Of a stretch of DNA of 64,000 nt, positions 35,119-43,517 are shown piece by piece. Positions within the stretch are counted from its first letter, which is position 1; every line of letters starts with the position of its first letter. Below the pieces are notes generated by a model. The model had not been told where the DNA came from and did no database searches. It was given only the letters and a program-made list of their open reading frames with translations. Source of the stretch: Hymenobacteraceae bacterium (lineage in GTDB: Bacteria; Bacteroidota; Bacteroidia; Cytophagales; Hymenobacteraceae). The DNA is taken from contig JANNMJ010000168.1 of assembly GCA_031397815.1 (NCBI GenBank), forward strand, positions 4,273-68,272, written 5' to 3'. A program made the position numbers and the translations under genes.

Positions 35119-35162
35119 CCACCACGCCCCCTTCCGGCTAGCTGCCAGAAGGGGGCGTGGTG
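35119..35162. terminator. bidirectional terminator hairpin between convergent genes
   Basis: Stem accaccacgccccctt/aagggggcgtggtg with a T-run on the minus-strand side. Confidence 0.65.
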
Positions 35163-35211
35163 TTATTCAGGAAAGTCGAAGCTTTTGACTCTGACTGACT
35201 CGTGGGAACGC

Positions 35212-36132
35212 TTATGCGTTGTCGCCACCAGCTTCCGGAACGCTCGTAGCGTCGGGAGCAGGCTGCACGCGTGGGCGACCTGGGCCACGCTTCGGCGCAT
35301 CGCCGCTCGTAGCGGCTCCGGCCAGTGTCTTCTTGTTGAGGGCGCCCGGCGGACGGCCACGGCCACGCGTTGGCGCACCAGCGGCGGCCGCGACGGGTTT
35401 CTTTTTATTCGGCGCTCCCGGCGGACGGCCGGGGCGACGCACAGGCGCTTCGCCATCACCGGCAGCGACCGGAGCGGCTACCTTTTTATTGAGCGCACCC
35501 GGCGGACGGCCACGGCCGCGCTTCGGAGCTTCGCCATCGGTTACGGGAGCCGGAGCAGCTGCTTTCGGCTTCGCAGCCTTCGGAGCGGCTGTTTTCTTGT
35601 TCTTGTTCGGCACGCCCGCTGGACGGCCACGGCGCTTCGGTGCTTCGCCATCGGCTGCAGGAGCCGGAGCGGCAGCTTTCGGCTTCGCAGCGGCTGTGTT
35701 CTTATTCTTGTTCGGCACTCCGGCCGGACGGCCCCGGCGCTTCGGCGCTTCGGCTGGCGATTCCGCCGTTGCTTCGGTACCGTTGGTATCGGCAGCTTCA
35801 GCGTTTTCTGAAGCAGCATCAGCGGCCTTGCGGTCTTTCTTGCTGATTTTTACTTCCGGCTGCTGATAATACTCGATGATCGAGTGCAGCGCGTCGTTCA
35901 CCATCCGCTCAGTGTCTTCTTCGAGCTGGCGGCTGGCGGCTTTCACGACGCCCTTCAATTTCTTTTCAGTTTCTTTCCGGATTTGCTTAACCGCATCGCT
36001 GATGCGACGGTCGAAATCCTTTTGCAAGCGCTTAGCCGCTTTTTTCAGCGACTGTTGCTTCTCCTGGGCGGCGGTGGCAGGTGTACCGGCTTCTACTTGA
36101 GCGGCATCACCGGTAGCCTTATTCTTGGCCAT
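35212..36132 (-). CDS. multi-AT-hook (HMGA-like) basic protein, putative nucleoid-associated
   Basis: ORF 35212..36174 with ATG at 36132 (MAKNKATG). The N-terminus is a helical K/E-rich domain. The C-terminal half carries six (K/R)R(G/P)RGRP(A/P)G.(P/L)NKK-type motifs separated by A/P/K linkers. Confidence 0.7.
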   Translation of the reverse strand: MAKNKATGDAAQVEAGTPATAAQEKQQSLKKAAKRLQKDFDRRISDAVKQIRKETEKKLKGVVKAASRQLEEDTERMVNDALHSIIEYYQQPEVKISKKDRKAADAASENAEAADTNGTEATAESPAEAPKRRGRPAGVPNKNKNTAAAKPKAAAPAPAADGEAPKRRGRPAGVPNKNKKTAAPKAAKPKAAAPAPVTDGEAPKRGRGRPPGALNKKVAAPVAAGDGEAPVRRPGRPPGAPNKKKPVAAAAGAPTRGRGRPPGALNKKTLAGAATSGDAPKRGPGRPRVQPAPDATSVPEAGGDNA

Positions 36133-36501
36133 TTGGTGGGTAGGGTTGATGAAAAGTGACTGTGAAGTGGACAAGATATCAACTCAGAAAATCTCTCTGA
36201 TGCTGATTTCGGAGCGAATGTATAACGAAATGTTAGTAAAATCACTCGCACCACTTTCAATTCAACTGATTTTGTCGACAAACGGCTGTTTTTTGCTGAT
36301 GAATTTCTTGTTAGGCCTCAAAAAAATACGTATCCTGCCCATCCATCATCCGCCAATCTATACGGCTGATCAGCTGCTGAGCCTTGGCTGTTGCGGCGCC
36401 GATGCCGGAAGAGTCTGACCGTGCGATTTCGTCCCGGATGCCGCAAGCAGCGCAGCGCCGAGGCGGTCGTTTTGGGCTTCAACCGGCGCGGGCGGGGTGG
36501 G

Positions 36502-36509
36502 TATCTTTG
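36502..36509 (+). promoter_or_regulatory. -7 box TATCTTTG for metG
   Basis: TAnnTTTG match 57 nt upstream of the metG ATG. Confidence 0.45.
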
Positions 36510-36565
36510 CCGCCCGGTCCGGCCGTACCTATCTCAGGCACGGCGTGGCCGCTCTCTCAACGCCC

Positions 36566-38650
36566 ATGTCTGCAGCCTTTTCCCGCCCCCTGACCGGTAA
36601 GCCCGCGCGCTACACCATCACGGCGGCCCTGATTTACGCGAACGGCCCGATTCATATTGGGCATCTGGCGGGCTGCTACCTGCCCGCCGACATCTACGCG
36701 CGTTACCTGCGAGCCACCGGTGCCGATGTGGCCTTCATCAGCGGTACCGATGAGCACGGCGTGCCGATCACGATCAAAGCCAAGAAAGAAGGTACCACGC
36801 CGCAGGCCGTCGTCGATAAATACTACACGCAGATCAATCAGGCCTTCCTTGATTTCGGGGTGTCGTTCGATATCTACTCGCGCACGTCGTCGCCGCACCA
36901 CCACGCGGTTTCGCAGGAGTTCTTCCGTAAGCTCTACGATACGGATCAGTTCGTGGAAGAAACGTCGGAACAGTATTTTGATGAGGTCGCGAATCAGTTT
37001 CTCGCCGACCGCTACATCGTCGGTACCTGTCCGGTTTGTGCGAATGAGAACGCCTACGGCGATCAGTGCGAGCGGTGCGGCTCCGCGCTTTCACCTACCG
37101 AGCTGAAAAATCCGCGCTCGATGCTCAGCGGCGCGGCGCCCGTGCTGCGGCCGACCACCAACTGGTATCTGCCGCTCGATAAGCTGCAACCGCAGCTCGA
37201 AGCGTTCATTGGGGCGCATCCGGAGTGGAAAACCAACGTGTCCGGCCAATGCCGCTCGTGGCTGAACGAGGGCTTGCGGCCGCGCGCCATGACCCGCGAT
37301 CTTGATTGGGGCGTCCGCGTGCCGATTGAAGGCACCGAGGGCAAGGTGCTCTACGTATGGTTCGATGCGCCAATCGGTTACATCACCTTTACACAGGAAT
37401 GGGCCGCCCGCGAAGGCAAGGATTGGGAGCCGTACTGGAAAGCCGCCGATACCAAGCTGGTGCATTTTATCGGCAAGGACAACATCGTGTTCCATTGCCT
37501 GATTTTCCCCGGGATGCTGCTCGCCGAAGGCACGTATATTCTGCCGGATAACGTGCCCGCGAATGAGTTTCTCAACCTCGAAGGCGAGAAAATCAGCACG
37601 TCGCGCAATTGGGCGGTGTGGCTGCACGAGTATCTGGAAGATTTCCCCGGAAAAGCCGACGTGCTGCGTTACGCGCTCTGCGCCAATGCGCCCGAAACGA
37701 AGGATAACGACTTCACTTGGAAGGACTTTCAAGCCCGCAACAACAGCGAGCTGGCCGATAATCTGGGCAATTTCATCAACCGCGCGTTGGTGCTGACCCA
37801 GAAGTATTACGACGGAAAAGTGCCCGCTACCGGCGAATTGCAGCCCTTAGACCACGCAATTCTCGTCGAAATCGGCGCCGCTCCCGCCCGCATTGCCGAG
37901 CGCCTACAGCAATTCCGCTTCCGCGACGCCCTCACCGAAGTGATGAGCCTGAGCCGCGCGGGCAATAAATACCTCGCCGAGACGGAGCCGTGGAAGCTCA
38001 TCAAAACCACGCCCGAGCGCGTGCCGACCATCCTGAACCTCAGCCTTCAGCTCGCCGCCACGCTCGCCATCGTCCTCGAACCGTTCATGCCGCAGACCAG
38101 CACGCGCCTAAACGCCATGCTCGGCCTGCCGACCGACATCAAGAACGATTGGCAGTTCGCCGGGCGGCAAGACCGCCTGCGGGCCGGGCATCAGCTCGGG
38201 ACGCCCGAAGTGCTCTTCGCGAAGATAGACGATACTGTCATCGCGGCGCAGGTGCAGAAGCTGCTCGATACCAAAAAGGCGAATGAGCTGGCGGCGGCCG
38301 TCGCTCCGGCGCCCAAGGCCGACGTATCGTTCGAAACGTTCGAGACGATGGATTTGCGCGTCGGCACGGTGCTGGCGGCCGAAAAGGTGCCCAAAACCGC
38401 CAAGCTCCTCAAGCTGAGCGTCGATCTGGGGCAAGCCGAGCCGCGGACCATCGTCAGCGGCATCGCGGAGCATTACACCGACCCGGCGGCGCTCGTCGGG
38501 CAGCAGGTGTTGGTGCTCGCCAACCTCGCGCCACGCGCCATCAAGGGCATTCAGTCGCAGGGGATGCTGCTGTTGGCGGAAGACGCCGACGGTCGGCTGT
38601 CGCTGATGCGGCCCGATGCGGCCGTGCGGCCGGGCAGCAAGGTGGCGTAG
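36566..38650 (+). CDS. metG: methionine--tRNA ligase with C-terminal tRNA-binding domain
   Basis: ORF 36497..38650 with ATG at 36566. It has HIGH (PIHIGHLAG), a Zn knuckle [22 protein letters not shown] (KMSKS variant) and a C-terminal EMAP/Trbp111-like domain. Confidence 0.95.
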   Translation: MSAAFSRPLTGKPARYTITAALIYANGPIHIGHLAGCYLPADIYARYLRATGADVAFISGTDEHGVPITIKAKKEGTTPQAVVDKYYTQINQAFLDFGVSFDIYSRTSSPHHHAVSQEFFRKLYDTDQFVEETSEQYFDEVANQFLADRYIVGTCPVCANENAYGDQCERCGSALSPTELKNPRSMLSGAAPVLRPTTNWYLPLDKLQPQLEAFIGAHPEWKTNVSGQCRSWLNEGLRPRAMTRDLDWGVRVPIEGTEGKVLYVWFDAPIGYITFTQEWAAREGKDWEPYWKAADTKLVHFIGKDNIVFHCLIFPGMLLAEGTYILPDNVPANEFLNLEGEKISTSRNWAVWLHEYLEDFPGKADVLRYALCANAPETKDNDFTWKDFQARNNSELADNLGNFINRALVLTQKYYDGKVPATGELQPLDHAILVEIGAAPARIAERLQQFRFRDALTEVMSLSRAGNKYLAETEPWKLIKTTPERVPTILNLSLQLAATLAIVLEPFMPQTSTRLNAMLGLPTDIKNDWQFAGRQDRLRAGHQLGTPEVLFAKIDDTVIAAQVQKLLDTKKANELAAAVAPAPKADVSFETFETMDLRVGTVLAAEKVPKTAKLLKLSVDLGQAEPRTIVSGIAEHYTDPAALVGQQVLVLANLAPRAIKGIQSQGMLLLAEDADGRLSLMRPDAAVRPGSKVA

Positions 38651-38660
38651 GACCTAATAT

Positions 38661-38690
38661 GTGGCTGGCTCTGAGGGCAGAGCCAGCCAC
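38661..38690. terminator. hairpin between convergent metG and pth
   Basis: gtggctggctctg aggg cagagccagccac. There is no clear T tail. Confidence 0.45.
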
Positions 38691-38696
38691 GCGAGG

Positions 38697-39257
38697 TTAT
38701 TTATTGTAGAAATTCATCGTGCGCTCCACGCCGATAGAGCCGAAGGCAAGGGCAATCTCGGCGGCTTTCTCAATGTGGGTAGACAGGTCGATACGCTCAT
38801 CAGCTGAAAATTGGCTGAGGACGTAATCGACCTGTTTGCCTTTCGAGAACTCGCTCCCGACGCCAAAGCGCAGGCGCGCATAATTCGGAGTCTGCAACGT
38901 CTCCTGAATATGCTTGAGGCCGTTGTGCCCGCCCGCTGAACCTTGGCTTTTCAGACGCAGCTTGCCGTACGGCAGCGCCAGGTCATCGGTAATCACGAGC
39001 AGATTCTCGACGGGAATCTTGTGCGCCGTCAGGTGGTGCTGAACGGCTTTGCCGCTCAGGTTCATATACGTCGTGGGCTTAATCAGCACATATTTCCGCC
39101 CTTTATGACTGATTTCCGTGGCGAACGCGTGGCGGCTGACGTCGAAAGAGCCACCGTGCTCACGTGCCAGAAAATCGAGGACCATAAACCCGATGTTGTG
39201 CCGGGTCGCATCGTATTCAGGGCCGATATTGCCGAGACCGGCGAGGAGATATTTCAT
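38697..39257 (-). CDS. pth: peptidyl-tRNA hydrolase
   Basis: MKYLLAGLGNIGPEYDATRHNIGF..GGHNGLKHI is canonical Pth. Confidence 0.95.
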   Translation of the reverse strand: MKYLLAGLGNIGPEYDATRHNIGFMVLDFLAREHGGSFDVSRHAFATEISHKGRKYVLIKPTTYMNLSGKAVQHHLTAHKIPVENLLVITDDLALPYGKLRLKSQGSAGGHNGLKHIQETLQTPNYARLRFGVGSEFSKGKQVDYVLSQFSADERIDLSTHIEKAAEIALAFGSIGVERTMNFYNK

Positions 39258-39356
39258 CGGAGGTAAAGCGGAGGTTAGCGCGTCGGGCGCTCAGGGAATA
39301 GTAGAGTTAAGCCGGTCAGAGGCGGTTTTCAGTCGAGATAAGGGCGCTTGGCGGAA

Positions 39357-39506
39357 ATCCTCACCCCCAACCCCTCTCCAAAGGAGAGGGGCTTAGAATT
39401 ACTTTTCAGTTAGTCTCCCCCTCTCCTTTGGAGAGGGGGCTGGGGGGGTGAGGATTCGGGGGCAACTGGCAGATGTGTGTTCATTCCTCTCCAAAGGAGA
39501 GGGGAG
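39357..39506. repeat. REP-A cluster: inverted pair plus a third partial copy
   Basis: atcctcacccccaacccctctccaaaggagaggggc (39357..39392), the inverted copy tctccccctctcctttggagagggggctgggggggtgaggat (39414..39455), and cctctccaaaggagaggggag (39486..39506). Confidence 0.85.
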
Positions 39507-39608
39507 ACTAACGACTGCCTATTATGACCCGAACGCTCAAAAAAAACGTCCCGCCCCGCACGGATGGCGGAGCGGGACGCGAAAATCGGACAGAAAGTGC
39601 GCCGAAGC

Positions 39609-40199
39609 TTACTTCTTGCCGGTAGCTTTCTTGTCGTCTTCCATCTGCGAGCGCAGACCACGTGGGATGGTCACGGTAGCAACCGGCGCGAGCTTGTCGC
39701 TGAGGATGCGGAAGTTGGTGGCTTCCACGCGACCCACTTTGATCGATTTGCCCAGCTCCAGATCGGAGATGTTCACTTCGACGAAGTCGGGCAGGTTTTC
39801 TGGCAGCGCCTTCACTTTCAGCTTACGCAGCTTCGTGACGAGCGTACCACCGGCCAACACGCCCGGCGAGGCACCGACGAATTTCACCGGCACGTCGATC
39901 TTCACTTCCTTGCCGGCCTGCAGCTCCAGGAAGTCGGCGTGGAGGAGCATTTCGCTCACTGGGTGCATCTGATAATCCTGCAACACCGCGCTGTAGGTGG
40001 TACCGTCGATGCTGATGCGCGCTTCGAACACGCTCGGCGAGTACACCAATTCACGGAACATGATCATCGGCACGTGGAAGTGAACCTGCTCGGCACCACC
40101 ATACAGCACGCACGGCACCATCGCATCCTGGCGAAGCTGCTGGGCGTTCTTCTTGCCGAGATTTGCTCTTTTAAACCCTATAATCTCGATGCTTTTCAT
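39609..40199 (-). CDS. rplY: 50S ribosomal protein L25/general stress protein Ctc
   Basis: ORF 39609..40259 with ATG at 40199. MKSIEIIGFKR..VPCVLYGG..DFLELQAGKEV is the L25/Ctc pattern, in a prs-ctc-pth gene order. Confidence 0.9.
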   Translation of the reverse strand: MKSIEIIGFKRANLGKKNAQQLRQDAMVPCVLYGGAEQVHFHVPMIMFRELVYSPSVFEARISIDGTTYSAVLQDYQMHPVSEMLLHADFLELQAGKEVKIDVPVKFVGASPGVLAGGTLVTKLRKLKVKALPENLPDFVEVNISDLELGKSIKVGRVEATNFRILSDKLAPVATVTIPRGLRSQMEDDKKATGKK

Positions 40200-40256
40200 C
40201 CTGAAAAGAACTGCTTGAAAATCCGTGCGCGGCCACTGTGGCCGCGAATCGGGCCG

Positions 40257-40264
40257 CAAAGGTA
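40257..40264 (-). promoter_or_regulatory. -7 box TACCTTTG for rplY
   Basis: Exact TAnnTTTG match 58 nt upstream of the rplY ATG. Confidence 0.5.
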
Positions 40265-40322
40265 GGAATTTACCCGCAGAAAAGCGAGCTTCCCCAAAAT
40301 CGGGGACACTGAATCCAGTGAA

Positions 40323-41264
40323 TCAGGCGATGAAGAGCGATGAGATCGACTCGTGCGTGACGACGTTGCGAATGGCGTGCGCGAAGAGGTCGGCGAAGGA
40401 GAGGACGCGAATCTTGCTTGATTCGTGGCGCTGCGGAATCGTATCGGATACCACCAGCTCTTCGAGTACCGAGTTTTCGAGCCGTTCGTACGCCGGGCCG
40501 CTCAGCACGGGGTGCGTGCAGATCGCGCGCACCGACCGGGCACCTTTCTGCTTAATCAGCTCGGCGGCTTTGCAGATAGTGCCCGCCGTATCGACCATAT
40601 CATCGACCAAAACGACGTCCATCCCTTCCACATCGCCGATGACTTGCATCGACGCAATCTGGTTTGCGCGGCTCCGCTGCTTGTCGCAGACGACCATATC
40701 GGCGCCGAAAAACTTCGCGAAGTTGCGCGCCCGCACCAGCCCGCCCACGTCGGGCGACGCGATGAGGAGGTTTGGCAGGTTCAGGCTCCGCACGTAGGGG
40801 ACGAAAATCGCCTGCCCGTCAAGATGATCGACGGGAATATCGAAAAAGCCCTGAATCTGACCTGCATGGAGGTCGCACGTCATCAGCCGGTCGGTGCCGA
40901 CGCTCTGGATGGCGTTGGCGACCACTTTCGAGCCGATGCTCACGCGGGGCTTGTCCTTGCGGTCTTGGCGGGCGTAGCCGTAGTACGGCATCACGATGTT
41001 GACGTGCTTCGCCGACGCGCGTTTCGCGGCGTCGACCATCAGCATCAGCTCCAGCAGGTGGTCGGCGGGGGGGAAGGTGCTCTGGATCAGAAAAACTTCG
41101 CAGCCGCGCACGCTTTCGTCGAAGGAAGGCGCCATCTCACCGTCGGAGAAGTGTTGCAGCGTGCATTTGCCGAGCGGCTGCCCGTAGGCGGCGGCGACTT
41201 TTTCGGCGAAGGGTCGGGACGCCGACCCGGCGAAGAGTTTGACCCGTGCTTCGGTACTGCCCAT
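40323..41264 (-). CDS. prs: ribose-phosphate diphosphokinase
   Basis: ORF 40323..41321 with ATG at 41264. It has VKLFAGSAS, YYGYARQDRK, DLHAGQIQGFF and the PRPP loop VLVDDMVDTAGT. Confidence 0.95.
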   Translation of the reverse strand: MGSTEARVKLFAGSASRPFAEKVAAAYGQPLGKCTLQHFSDGEMAPSFDESVRGCEVFLIQSTFPPADHLLELMLMVDAAKRASAKHVNIVMPYYGYARQDRKDKPRVSIGSKVVANAIQSVGTDRLMTCDLHAGQIQGFFDIPVDHLDGQAIFVPYVRSLNLPNLLIASPDVGGLVRARNFAKFFGADMVVCDKQRSRANQIASMQVIGDVEGMDVVLVDDMVDTAGTICKAAELIKQKGARSVRAICTHPVLSGPAYERLENSVLEELVVSDTIPQRHESSKIRVLSFADLFAHAIRNVVTHESISSLFIA

Positions 41265-41318
41265 AACCGCTGGAAGCGTGAGCGGCCGGGATAGTGAAGC
41301 GGCCGCTCTGCCCGGCCT

Positions 41319-41326
41319 CAAAGGTA
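41319..41326 (-). promoter_or_regulatory. -7 box TACCTTTG for prs
   Basis: Exact TAnnTTTG match 55 nt upstream of the prs ATG. Confidence 0.5.
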
Positions 41327-41397
41327 GGCCGAAGCGGTCAGCTGACGGGCCGGATAGTGGGGTTTGAAGGGGAATTTTCCGTCGAAAGAAATCCCTT

Positions 41398-41439
41398 AAA
41401 AAAGGAAACCCCGGTCGGAATTACTTCCGACCGGGGTTT
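41398..41439 (-). terminator. rho-independent terminator after tRNA-Gln
   Basis: Stem aaaccccggtcgg/ccgaccggggttt with a T-run on the minus strand. Confidence 0.75.
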
Positions 41440-41482
41440 GCCGCTAGCTTCAACGCGGAGGCGACGGCGCGCCAATTTTAGG

Positions 41483-41555
41483 TTGTCCGACCTGGGCTCG
41501 AACCAGGACTCTTCAGAATCAAAATCTGACGTGTTGCCGGTTACACCATCGGACA
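41483..41555 (-). tRNA. tRNA-Gln (anticodon UUG)
   Basis: Hand-folded: TGTCCGA TG GTGT AACCGGCA ACAC G TCAGA TTTTGAT TCTGA AGAGT CCTGG TTCGAGC CCAGG TCGGACA A. Confidence 0.85.
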
Positions 41556-41606
41556 AGACAGGCTACGTGTCTTTGTTTCGGACAGCTAAAACCGTTGAAG
41601 CGGGCG

Positions 41607-41614
41607 CAAAGGTA
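41607..41614 (-). promoter_or_regulatory. -7 box TACCTTTG for tRNA-Gln
   Basis: Exact TAnnTTTG match about 50 nt upstream of the mature tRNA 5' end. Confidence 0.45.
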
Positions 41615-41690
41615 CGATGCAAGGGTTTTGTCAAGCAAGCTCAGGGTGAAAAAAAACCTGAAAAACCCCGAATCCATTGCTGTAGAAGCG

Positions 41691-43517
41691 TTAGCGGAGC
41701 AGCTTCTTACTGCTGGCCCGACCATCGGGCCATGTGACGCGCAACAGGTACACGCCAGCGGCGGAGCGGCTCAGATCGAGCGGCGTTTGGGCGCCGTTAG
41801 CGGTGTCGTGCCATACGGTGCGGCCCGTGGCATCGAGCACCGTGAGCTGCGCGCCTGTTGCAAGCGCGCTGGTCTGGACGGTGAAGTGGCCACTCGCACT
41901 CGGGTTGGGGTACACGCTCACGGCAGGCAGCGCGGCCACTTCCGGCACGCCCACGGGCTGGCCGAAGGGATAAAACACCGAATCGCGGCAGCAGCTCAGG
42001 TTGTTGCACAGGCGCAGGCGCACGGCCACCCGCGCTGGCGAGGCGAAGCGGTGCCACACATCCCAGCCTTGCTGCACGGGGGTGCCGTCGCCGAAATCCC
42101 ATTCCACCAGACTGATTTCGGCGTAGCGCGGCCCGGCCGTCTGAAGCGCGCCGTTCACGGAGAAACGGATACTGTCGCCGACGAGCGCGCTCATAGTCAC
42201 CACCGGTTGCGAGGGCGGGTGGCGGCAGTAATCGAGGACCGCCGGGGCGGGCAGGCCCGTGAGGCGGGCTTGGTAGAAGTCGGGCTGATTGGTCGGCTGA
42301 GGGGCAAAGAAATCCCCGTCATACTGGCCGAAACCGTAGGCTGGACTCCCGGATTCGTAGAGCAAATAGCGGATGTCGTGAGCCGCTGGTCGCGTAATGG
42401 GAGGCAGCGCATAGGTCCACCCGGTACTGGCGGGCTGCCCTGATTGGGCGGGTGGAATGACTTCGTGCCAGTTCGTGCCCGTCAACCCCACCGTTTGCAC
42501 AACGTACTGACCATTCGCTGTCTCCCACGCATCGCGGATTTCAACCCCGGTTTCCGCGTCACAGCACGTATCGGAGACGGCGTACTTCCACTGCTCCTGA
42601 AACGTGCTATCGAGCTTGATGAGCGTGCCGCGCCGCGGATTACTCGCCGGAAATGGTGACTCAAACCCGCAGATGAGCAAGCCGCCGTCGGTGGTCGCTT
42701 TCACCTGAAACGGGCTTTCCCACGCTCCTGCTACCCCCACCCACGCACTGTCGAGAACCGTCCCGCCCGCCGTGATGCGGTACACCTTGTAATCGAAGCG
42801 AAACAGGTTCTGGTTGATACGTCCGTATTGGGTCGGGTCAGTCGAAACCACCGCATAGGAACCGTCGAGCAAGGGCTGGATAAAGTACCCGAACGACCAG
42901 TAGCCCATCCGCCGCTGCCACACCACTTGACCGGAATCATCGAGCCGCCGTACTTCCGTTTGATTGATGCGACTGGAACTGCCCTTAAAGCCCACCGTCA
43001 GCAAACCGCCGGGCAGGTCGAGGTACTGCGTCCGGGAATAGAGCGTGTCGGTGGTGAGCGGCCGGTGCGCGATGACATTGCCGAGCGTGTCGAACGTGGC
43101 CCAGATTTCCCGTCGGTAGGTATGGTGAAGCAGGAGGGGATCTGCCCACAAAGCGTGAAACCCCTTGTGGGTCGCCACGGCTTCATAAAGCATCGATTCA
43201 ATTGCAAAAGGGGCAATCGCGCGTTGTTTCCGTAAGATGCGTCCCCGGCGGTCGGTCAAATAAAGTAGCGGGCGCTCAAGCGTGCGATAGGTTGGCGTGG
43301 TAATAAGAGAATCCCAGTGCCCAACCGTCACAAACCTGTTAGCACTCAGCCGAATCGTCGATTGCGCAAATTCAGACGTATTTGGGCTTGCCGTCACCGT
43401 ATCCCACGCCAAAGTGGGCTGCCCGACAGCGGCGAAGGAAATCATTCCCGCCACCAAGGCTCCCGCCCACCGAATTCGGTGAGCGGGAGGTAAGGTAAAA
43501 AAGCTGAATAAGCTCAT
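41691..43517 (-). CDS. T9SS-secreted protein, PKD-like domain plus C-terminal sorting domain (paralog of 8252..10066)
   Basis: 608 aa with WDFGDGTPVQQGWDVWHRF and the C-terminal VYPNPSASGHFTVQ..GVYLLRVTWPDGRASSKKLLR. Its ATG overlaps the stop of the upstream ORF (TGATG at 43515..43519). Confidence 0.75.
   Translation of the reverse strand: MSLFSFFTLPPAHRIRWAGALVAGMISFAAVGQPTLAWDTVTASPNTSEFAQSTIRLSANRFVTVGHWDSLITTPTYRTLERPLLYLTDRRGRILRKQRAIAPFAIESMLYEAVATHKGFHALWADPLLLHHTYRREIWATFDTLGNVIAHRPLTTDTLYSRTQYLDLPGGLLTVGFKGSSSRINQTEVRRLDDSGQVVWQRRMGYWSFGYFIQPLLDGSYAVVSTDPTQYGRINQNLFRFDYKVYRITAGGTVLDSAWVGVAGAWESPFQVKATTDGGLLICGFESPFPASNPRRGTLIKLDSTFQEQWKYAVSDTCCDAETGVEIRDAWETANGQYVVQTVGLTGTNWHEVIPPAQSGQPASTGWTYALPPITRPAAHDIRYLLYESGSPAYGFGQYDGDFFAPQPTNQPDFYQARLTGLPAPAVLDYCRHPPSQPVVTMSALVGDSIRFSVNGALQTAGPRYAEISLVEWDFGDGTPVQQGWDVWHRFASPARVAVRLRLCNNLSCCRDSVFYPFGQPVGVPEVAALPAVSVYPNPSASGHFTVQTSALATGAQLTVLDATGRTVWHDTANGAQTPLDLSRSAAGVYLLRVTWPDGRASSKKLLR

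Noticed and set aside
35185-35866. Two plus-strand ORFs (208 and 215 aa) with repetitive R/A/G-rich sequence
   Set aside because: They are antisense to the AT-hook gene, and their repetitiveness mirrors the AT-hook repeats. The minus-strand frame has the coherent N-terminal domain plus motif structure.
39410-39661. 83-aa ORF and neighbouring ORFs containing PLQRRG(G/A) peptides (also 39118..39396 and 63403..63843)
   Set aside because: They read through REP-A palindromes (cccctctccaaaggagagggg) in intergenic DNA. The recurring peptide reflects the repeat, not a gene family.
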